A DNA stretch of 56,023 nt from Octopus sinensis. Lineage: Eukaryota. The stretch covers positions 1 to 56,023 of the forward strand of contig NW_021837023.1 in assembly GCF_006345805.1 (NCBI RefSeq). The letters are read 5' to 3'. Below are positions 51,326 to 56,023 of this stretch, piece after piece (the first letter of the stretch is position 1; every line of letters begins with the position of its first letter). Both the position numbers and the translations under genes were made by a program. The notes under the pieces were generated by a model. It saw only the letters and a program-made list of their open reading frames with translations, was not told where the DNA came from and searched no databases.

Positions 51326-54300
51326 CCGGGTAGAAGTAGGTGTGCACCAGGGCTCAGCCCTCAGTCCCCTTTTATTCATCATAGTCCTTCAGGCAATAAC
51401 AGAGGAATTCAAAACGGGATGCCCCTGGGAGCTCCTCTATGCCGATGACCTAGCTCTCATAGCAGAATCGCTACCAGAAAGAGAAATTTTGGGTGTGGAA
51501 GCAAGGGTTGGAATCAAAGGGCCTTAGAATAAATTTAGCAAAGACCAAAGTATTAGTAAGCAGCAGAGGTACTCAGCACACACCCCCTCGGGTAGGTGGC
51601 CCTGCTCAATCTGTAGGAAAGGTACAGGTAGAACTCATAAGATGCACCCAATGTAAGTTATGGACACATAAGAGGTGCAGCAACATAAAGGGAAATTAAC
51701 AATAAGATAGCTTTCATGTGCGGCAGATGCACAGGGACAATAGACACAACAGACACTCAGAAAACAGATTCCATCACACTCCAGGGAGAGAAACTAGAAG
51801 TAGTTGATAGTTTCCGCTACCTGGGTGACTAAGTTAGTAGCGGAGGTGGATGCACAGAGAGTATCACCACTAGAATACGAATAGCCTGGGCAAAGTTCAG
51901 AAAGCTCCTACCCCTACTGGCAACAAAAGGTCTCTCCCTCAGAGCGAAAGGTAGATTGTATGATGCATGTGTGCGAACTGCCATGCTTCACAGTAATGAA
52001 ACTGGGCAGTGACTGCAGAGGACATGCGTAGAGTTGAAAGAAATGAAGCTAGCATGATCCGCTGGATGTGTAGTGTCAGTGTGCACGCAAAACAGAGTGT
52101 AAGCATCCTAAGAGAATGCTGGATATAAGAAGCATCAGATGTGGTGTGCAAGAGCGACGCTTGCGATGGTATGGTCATGTACTACGATGGATGAGGAGAG
52201 ATGTGTGAAGAAGTGCCACTCCAAACAGTTGAAGGTATCAGGGGGAGAGGTAGACCCAGGAAGACATGGGATGAGGTAGTCAAGCATGACTCAGAGCATT
52301 GGGCCTCACTGAGGCAATGGCGAAAGACCGAGATCTCTGGAGATATGCTGTGACTGCAAAGACCCGGCTGCTTTCTGCAGCAATTCCACATACCCCCTAC
52401 CCATTCAAAGTACCCTGGATCCCCAAAGTACCCCGGACCCAGTGCCCCCGTGCCGCTGACACGTTAAAAGCTCGAACCGATCGCGACCAATGCCGGACCC
52501 CCCGGCCCCTGTGCAGGTGGCACGTAAAAAGCACCCAATCCACTCATGGAGTGGTTGGCGTTAGGAAGGGCATCCAGCCGTAGAAAATCAGACTGGAGCC
52601 TGGAGCGGCCCCTGGCTTCCCAGACCCCGGTCGAACCGTCCAACCCGTGCTAGCGCGGAAAACGGACGTTAAACGATGATGATGATGATGATGATGATAT
52701 ATATATATACAAGAAAAGAAAATGGAGAAATACATCTAAATCAAATATCAATTACCAGATAATAATACTCAATCACATACTTTATTAAACCACCACATAA
52801 GAGACTGTAGGGTTAGATATAAAAAGCAGGACAAATCAGTGTACATAAAGGAATGTACATAAAAAAGTGTACATAAAAGAGTAATGTTGTATAATTAGTA
52901 GAATATATATAAAAAAGAGAATATAAATATAAGCAATATAAATATAAGTAGATCAATAGATAAGTAGACAAACAGACAGACTGACAGATAAACAGATATA
53001 TATAATACTATCTTATTATAGTCCAATAATACTATATTTGTTCCACGTCCTCACATGTTTCTTTGTGCTTTCTTGTTTGGATTAACTATATATATATATA
53101 TATTGATTAATAGATCGACAGGCAGAAGGCAGGCAGAGAGATACTGTTGTGGATGGATAAACACGAGGAAGCCACAATTAGAAAATATCTGTTTGATGAA
53201 GAATGACCTGGGGTCTGACCAGGGGCTAAACAACAATCAAAGCGATAAACATGGAACGGGCACGACGAGAATACCTTTGATCAGGGCTAATCTACAGCTA
53301 AACTTTTTACCTCTCGGTACATGGTGGTACATATGTAGATCTTGCTGTTCTTTACCCTCTCTTTGAAGTCTATAGGGGAGGATTCTGGCTCACGATGTCG
53401 GTTCAGCACGATCCATTCTTCAAGCATGACACCATTGTAGCCAGGCATTAGGAATATCTGAAATATGTAGAGAAAGATAGAGAGTATTTCTTTAGTTACC
53501 ACTAGCAGTATCGCCCGGCGTTGCTCGGGTTTGTAAGGGATATAACTATAAAGCATTTTTAGAGAGTTATAGCCAAAAAATAACCAAAAAATGGAAAAAA
53601 AATTATGGTAAATTTTTTTGAAAGTTAAAAAGGTCGAGTTGCGTCCCCTAGACAGTCTGTGGTTTGTGTTTCTGATTCTCGACCCCATGTCGAATTTATC
53701 GATTTTTTTCAGAACTGGGGGAACTTTTCAAAATTTTCGCTGCGTTAGTTTTGAATTATGACATTGGGCTATGTGTGTGTCAAGTTTCATCAGAATCGGT
53801 TGAAAGCCGTGGTCAGGGTGAGGGTACAACCTAACAGACACACAGACACGCAGACAGACAAACTGCCGTTTATATAGAGAGAGATAAGGTTGAAAAAAAG
53901 AGGGGACAAAACAAACGTTGGGGTCAGGGTATTGAATGAGATGAAACGTATGAATAAACAAACAATTAAAATCAGAGACCGAGACCTTTGGAAGTATGCT
54001 GTGCATGAGAAGACCCGGCAGGACACGTGAGGCCATAACCCATGGCCCCTACCTGGGACGTAGTCAGTCCACCTGTGCATACCTTCCTTCTTGAGACACT
54101 TGTGAAGACCTGTTGAGGCAAGTGAAAATCAAATCAAATCAAAATCGATGAACATCAATGGAATTTGTATTTTTGTGGTACCAGTGCCGGTGGCACATAA
54201 GAGAACCATCCGAACGTGGCCGTAGCCAGTACCGCATTGACTGGCCTCCGTGCTGTGGGCACGTAACAAACACCATCCAATTGTGGCCGTGCCAGCCTCG

Positions 54301-55824
54301 CCTGGCCTCCGTGCTGGTGGCACGTAAAAAACACCATCCGAGCGTGGCTGTTCGCCAACCTTGTCTGGCACCTGTAGCCATGGCACATAAAAAACACCAT
54401 CCGAGCGTGGCCGTTCGCCAGCCTCGTCTGGCACCTGTGTCGGTGGCACATAAAAAGCACCCACTACACTCACGGAGTGGTTGGCGTTGGGAAGGGCATC
54501 CAGCTGTAGAAACACTGCCAGATCAGACTGGGCCTGGTGCAGCCTTCTAGCTTCCCAGACCCCAGTTGAACCGTCCAACCCATGCTAGCATGGAAAGAGG
54601 ACGTTAAATGACGATGATGATGATGATGACAATTAAATGATAATGAGTGAATAACAAAAAATGAAGCGGAGGACACGGTCGACCCCAGAAACCACAAACT
54701 CACACTGAAGACTTTGCTTTCTCCTTTTTTACATTCTCGTTTAAACAGGTTCATTTGACTGCGGCCATGCTGGAGCACCGCCTTTAATCGAGCAACTTGA
54801 CCCCGGGACTTATTCTTTTGTAAGCCCAGGACTTATTCTATCGGTCTCTTTTGCCAACCGCTAAGTAATGGGGACGTAAACACACCAGCATCGGTTGTCA
54901 AGCAATGCTGGGGGGACAAACACAGACACACAAACACACATACATATATATATATATACATATATACGACAGGCTTCTTTCAGTTTCCGTCTACCAAATC
55001 CACTCACAAGGCATTGGTCGGCCAGAGGCTAAAGCAGAAGACACCTGCCCAAGATGCAACGCAGTGGGACTGAACCCGGAACCATGTGGTTGGTTAGCAA
55101 GCTGCTTACCACACAGCCATTCCTGCGCCTATGTAGAAAAAATATATGTAGAAAAAATCAAAACACCTACCGCTGAATCTTTCGGCAAAAGATTTGTGTC
55201 CGCTTGTAAAATGATGTACCAGGAGGCAAGGATCTCAGCCAGAATAAGACAGATGGTAGCTATGAAAGTATAAGTGATATTGTCACTTTTGCTTTTACAG
55301 CTGGAAACAAGGGACAAAGCTTGTTCGGTTTGGAAGAAGCCACAGATGTCTCCGATCGCTAGGATCAAGATGCAGAGCAGTCCCGATAGGAAGAGTGGGA
55401 AGCCAAAAGCCCCAACGTCCAAAGAGATCTTACAGGTTACATAAGCAACAAGAATTCCGATGAAACTAGCACACAGATTGGTCAGGAAGTTTTCTAGTTC
55501 AACCGGGTGTTCTCTCCAGGCGATAGATTTTGTTAGCACTGTCCAAGGTTGGTTCTCGTCGGAGACAAGTTGGTTGTTGATTGCAAATGCAATGCACACT
55601 GTGAAGACAGCCTTGCAGAATGCTGCTATTGCTCCAGCTTTCCACCGGGCAGTTTCGATATCCAGGTTCTTGTATATGAGGTTCTTCTTGGCCCGATAGT
55701 TTGCACGTTGTGGTACGCTCCGTGGGGTGACTTGCCGTTTCTGGAGAGGTGGTAGCCAGGCGAGGGAGAGTGACAACAGGGACAGGACGGGGAAAACTAT
55801 TTGCCTCCAATTGCGATGATAACT
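16763..55824 (-). CDS. CHS: Chitin synthase (GT2) with two SAM domains; 20 coding exons in the window, 5' end outside the window
   Basis: Hand-spliced exons join in frame through GT-AG junctions (3447 nt). Motifs in order: [81 protein letters not shown] x2, [24 protein letters not shown]. Confidence 0.96.
17085..18150 (-). repeat. Tandem array of SINE A 3' halves (8 units)
   Basis: Eight recurrences of the ...ctg(t/c)ggccatgctggagcaccgcc core. Confidence 0.85.
18250..18520 (+). mobile_element. Different RTE family, 3' fragment
   Basis: RWAGH..W...[14 protein letters not shown]-like translation; second copy at 29830-30070. Confidence 0.8.
18620..18830 (+). mobile_element. SINE family B (gagctg(g)cagaaacgttagc; core gcctttcatcctttcggggtcgat)
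   Basis: Dispersed copies; the core resembles the Deu/Nin-type SINE domain (recall, not searched). Confidence 0.78.
18857..18982 (-). CDS. CHS: CHS exon 19 (KLGELRNN...NPLG)
   Basis: tttcag|GT AAA ... CTG G|gttaac. Confidence 0.9.
19405..19497 (+). mobile_element. Mariner transposase HTH remnant
   Basis: [28 protein letters not shown]. Confidence 0.65.
20397..20617. mobile_element. piggyBac-like MITE
   Basis: TTAA|CCCTTTAG ... CTAAAGGG|TTAA. Confidence 0.8.
20626..20781 (-). CDS. CHS: CHS exon 18 (...[15 protein letters not shown]...)
   Basis: aaacag|CT GAA ... AAA G|gtattt; conserved FW..L....L.P motif. Confidence 0.88.
20895..21292 (+). mobile_element. SINE family A
   Basis: Full-length match. 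Confidence 0.88.
21600..22290. repeat. Minisatellite GATTCAATATGCAT(GT)n, about 20 units
   Basis: Read directly. Confidence 0.93.
22363..22416 (-). CDS. CHS: CHS exon 17 ([18 protein letters not shown]), end of SAM2
   Basis: atacag|GA CAC ... GAG G|gtatga; 54 nt. Confidence 0.9.
22546..22950 (+). mobile_element. SINE family B with an internal duplication
   Basis: gtatttcgtctgcc...gtaaagaaatag body twice. Confidence 0.85.
22950..23300. repeat. (GATA)n-rich microsatellite
   Basis: Read directly. Confidence 0.95.
23520..23670 (-). CDS. CHS: CHS exon 16, SAM2 ([14 protein letters not shown]...ELKIIKK)
   Basis: acatag|GAA TCA ... AAA G|gtgtgg; SAM pattern WL..IGL..Y...F. Confidence 0.92.
24996..25166 (-). 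CDS. CHS: CHS exon 15, SAM1 ([14 protein letters not shown]...[17 protein letters not shown])
   Basis: tgctag|GAT ... GTA CCG|gtatgt; SAM pattern Y..F..NGYD....L..IGI...GHR. Confidence 0.92.
25180..25572. repeat. (CATA)n/(CA)n microsatellite
   Basis: Read directly. Confidence 0.95.
26405..26730 (-). mobile_element. RTE 3'UTR-only copy
   Basis: Reverse complement of the RTE 3' end; (CAT)n at the left end. Confidence 0.85.
27165..27522 (-). mobile_element. SINE family C
   Basis: Reverse match to 5939-6323. Confidence 0.88.
27600..27670 (-). CDS. CHS: CHS exon 14 (QLLPVEYG...[10 protein letters not shown]), start of SAM1
   Basis: ttacag|GT CAA ... TTT AAG|gtaggt. Confidence 0.88.
27790..28510 (+). 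mobile_element. CR1-clade LINE 3' fragment
   Basis: [15 protein letters not shown]...[19 protein letters not shown]; [17 protein letters not shown]. Confidence 0.9.
28790..28953 (-). CDS. CHS: CHS exon 13 (PCCRSGENK...HDAVD), linker
   Basis: gtgcag|T CCC TGT TGT ... GAT G|gtaagc; phase 2 to phase 1 fits the neighbours; the acceptor could be 12 nt downstream (ttgtag|G). Confidence 0.75.
29830..30070 (+). mobile_element. Different RTE family, 3' fragment
   Basis: [36 protein letters not shown]. Confidence 0.82.
31221..31302 (-). CDS. CHS: CHS exon 12 (TREDSS...)
   Basis: tttcag|GA ACA AGA GAG completes SWGTRE; ends ATT TT|gtgagt. Confidence 0.92.
31660..32008 (+). mobile_element. RTE 3'UTR-only copy
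   Basis: Shared 3' end and (GAT)n tail. Confidence 0.85.
32270..32830 (-). mobile_element. SINE C-related element with a triplicated tRNA-like head
   Basis: ~139-bp unit x3. Confidence 0.8.
33080..33383 (-). mobile_element. Non-autonomous Helitron, same family, 3' CTAG decayed
   Basis: Reverse complement of 6482-6934 with internal deletions. Confidence 0.85.
33552..33752 (-). CDS. CHS: CHS exon 11 (...[26 protein letters not shown])
   Basis: ttccag|AT CCA ... TGG G|gtaagt. Confidence 0.93.
33770..34600. repeat. Purine-rich (GA) complex tandem repeat
   Basis: Recurring gaacagtagtgaatgagggagggtgaagaagagag. Confidence 0.9.
34630..34905 (+). mobile_element. RTE 3'UTR-only copy
   Basis: Shared 3' end. 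Confidence 0.82.
35051..35086 (-). ncRNA. Minimal hammerhead, U3-A8 variant, mirror copy
   Basis: CAG-TTGAAAA-AGTCTCAATGACT-GAAA-CTGG-TA^CTG. Confidence 0.65.
35147..35541 (+). mobile_element. SINE family A inserted in a fold-back element
   Basis: Near full-length match. Confidence 0.88.
35768..35803 (+). ncRNA. Minimal hammerhead, U3-A8 core variant
   Basis: CAG-TTGAAAA-AGTC(TCAAT)GACT-GAAA-CCGG-TA^CTG. Confidence 0.7.
35947..36043 (-). CDS. CHS: CHS exon 10 ([13 protein letters not shown]...)
   Basis: tttcag|GTT GCC ... TAT G|gtaata. Confidence 0.88.
36810..37268 (-). mobile_element. SINE family B containing an inverted SINE B copy (36888-37107)
   Basis: 14-bp TSD at 36874-36887 and 37108-37121. 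Confidence 0.85.
37285..37400 (-). CDS. CHS: CHS exon 9 (GLQYGW...GDFQLK), TM
   Basis: ctccag|GT GGT ... TTG AAG|gtatgt; bridges phase 1 to phase 0. Confidence 0.9.
37761..38016 (-). CDS. CHS: CHS exon 8 (LQNGW...QRRRW)
   Basis: tttcag|TTG CAG ... TCA G|gtaagg; QRRRW signature. Confidence 0.96.
38412..40130 (-). mobile_element. Composite Helitron: one full copy (39735-40130) plus four tandem 3'-end repeats
   Basis: CTAG and hairpin ends at 38412, 38748, 39077, 39410 and 39735; 5' TC at 40130. Confidence 0.9.
41157..41243 (+). ncRNA. Type I hammerhead with extended stem II and one stem I mismatch
   Basis: CTACCT-CTGATGA-GCACAGGGTT...AACCCTAGTGT-GAAA-CCATTTGG-TA^AGATAG. Confidence 0.75.
41368..41535 (-). 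CDS. CHS: CHS exon 7 ([20 protein letters not shown]...[10 protein letters not shown])
   Basis: aaaaag|TCT ... TTA ATG|gtaagt; contains the catalytic-base GEDR motif. Confidence 0.96.
41633..42050 (+). mobile_element. SINE family A
   Basis: Full-length match. Confidence 0.88.
42150..42552 (-). mobile_element. SINE family A (a partial copy follows at 42600-42765)
   Basis: Full-length reverse match. Confidence 0.88.
42836..43035 (-). CDS. CHS: CHS exon 6 (ILTTDAD...GHWFQK); alternative acceptor at 43029
   Basis: ttgtag|TT TCA GAG or tttcag|AG AAT; ends CAA AAG|gtaact. Confidence 0.93.
43089..44780 (-). repeat. (AAT)n-tailed retroelement 3' end: two long copies flanking six ~140-bp tandem units
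   Basis: gagagagcagtgcatgccatcaaagtgacactgggg preceded by (ATT)n each time; the same end also occurs at ~38346 and ~40397. Confidence 0.85.
44930..45345 (-). mobile_element. SINE family B with an internal duplication
   Basis: Reverse match; body twice. Confidence 0.85.
45355..45770 (+). mobile_element. RTE 3'UTR-only copy
   Basis: Shared 3' end and (GAT)n tail. Confidence 0.85.
45801..45876 (-). CDS. CHS: CHS exon 5 ([19 protein letters not shown]), absent from the ORF track
   Basis: ctatag|GTG AAG AAT AAG AAA CGA TGG AGC CAA ... CAC G|gtaaat. Confidence 0.95.
45960..46655 (+). mobile_element. RTE 3'UTR variant with a ~138-bp internal tandem array
   Basis: gatcgttacca units starting near 45963, 46101, 46239 and 46377, then the shared 3' end. 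Confidence 0.8.
46656..47046 (-). mobile_element. SINE family C
   Basis: Reverse match to 5939-6323. Confidence 0.88.
47579..47620 (+). ncRNA. Minimal hammerhead, U3-A8 variant, stem III mismatch
   Basis: GCTACA-TTGACAA-GGGG(CAATA)CCCC-GAAA-CGCA-TC^TGTAGC. Confidence 0.65.
48048..48290. repeat. (TA)n microsatellite
   Basis: Read directly. Confidence 0.97.
48394..48518 (-). CDS. CHS: CHS exon 4 (TPYG...IHLKDNLK)
   Basis: tcttag|AT ... TTG AAG|gtttgt. Confidence 0.92.
48617..49372 (+). mobile_element. SINE family A with duplicated head and triplicated 3' part
   Basis: Heads at 48617 and ~48745; gatagaataagtactggg three times. Confidence 0.85.
49467..49635 (-). CDS. CHS: CHS exon 3 ([12 protein letters not shown]...HVFFDGG)
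   Basis: aaaaag|GCT ... TTA G|gtaagt; continues TMYRE-ADYEM. Confidence 0.9.
49730..50572. repeat. (AAT)n compound microsatellite, ~840 bp
   Basis: Read directly. Confidence 0.97.
50583..50864 (+). mobile_element. R4/Dong-like LINE RT N-terminal fragment with one in-frame stop, absent from the ORF track
   Basis: Hand translation: ...[15 protein letters not shown]...HELLT*LYN...[30 protein letters not shown]. Confidence 0.75.
50900..51285. repeat. (GATA)n-rich microsatellite
   Basis: Read directly. Confidence 0.95.
51325..52700 (+). mobile_element. 5'-truncated RTE LINE, related subfamily, degenerate
   Basis: [13 protein letters not shown]...LLYADDL; Cys-rich block; same terminal 3'UTR and (GAT)n tail. 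Confidence 0.92.
53311..53457 (-). CDS. CHS: CHS exon 2 (IFLMPGYN...ICTTMYRE)
   Basis: tttcag|ATA ... CGA GAG|gtaaaa; 49 codons. Confidence 0.93.
53502..53884 (-). mobile_element. Non-autonomous Helitron, second subfamily
   Basis: A|TCTCTCTCTATATAAAC..(GTCT)n ... same 3' hairpin, CTAG|T. Confidence 0.85.
53966..54630 (+). mobile_element. RTE 3' end copy (ORF2 tail plus UTR)
   Basis: agagaccgagacct..gaagt matches ~2190; (GAT)n tail. Confidence 0.85.
54745..55130 (-). mobile_element. SINE family A
   Basis: Full-length reverse match. Confidence 0.88.
55171..55824 (-). CDS. CHS: CHS exon 1 (window numbering): N-terminal multi-TM region
   Basis: atgcag|AGT TAT CAT ... GAT TCA GCG|gtaggt; 218 codons, hydrophobic segments (ORF 55129..55905). 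Confidence 0.88.
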
Positions 55825-56023
55825 CTGCATGGGAGAAAGAAACAAAAAAAAAAGAAATATATGAACAAATATACAAGTAAATATATAAATATGAATATAA
55901 ATCATGTAAGCATATACAGTGTTTACTCTTTTACTCTTTTACTTGTTGCGGTCATTTGACTGCGGCCATGCTGGAGCACCACCTTTAATCGAGCAAACTC
56001 GACCCCGGGACTTTTTCTTTAAT

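Overview
Eukaryotic, repeat-dense genomic DNA. The SINE, LINE and microsatellite make-up suggests an Octopus species; this is an inference, not a database result. The one host gene is a minus-strand chitin synthase (GT2). I reconstructed 20 exons by hand (55824 down to the stop at 16763). They are all GT-AG, phase-consistent and total 3447 nt (1148 aa plus stop). They carry the TMYRE, KKRWSQ, TDAD, GEDRW, QRRRW and SWGTRE motifs and two tandem SAM domains. The 5' end of the gene lies beyond the window. The rest is transposon-derived: RTE, CR1, Penelope (GIY-YIG) and R4/Dong-like LINE fragments, three tRNA-derived SINE families, non-autonomous Helitrons, piggyBac-like and Tc1-like MITEs, and long microsatellites. 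The main unannotated signal is about 11 minimal type I hammerhead-ribozyme motifs from several unrelated sequence families. Many sit as mirror pairs in fold-back palindromes, some have long stem II extensions, and two families carry the compensated U3-A8 core. A triplicated intron segment also preserves both the empty and the Helitron-filled site. Most ORF-track entries are microsatellite or antisense artefacts. Repeat boundaries are approximate; exon and ribozyme coordinates were counted by hand.
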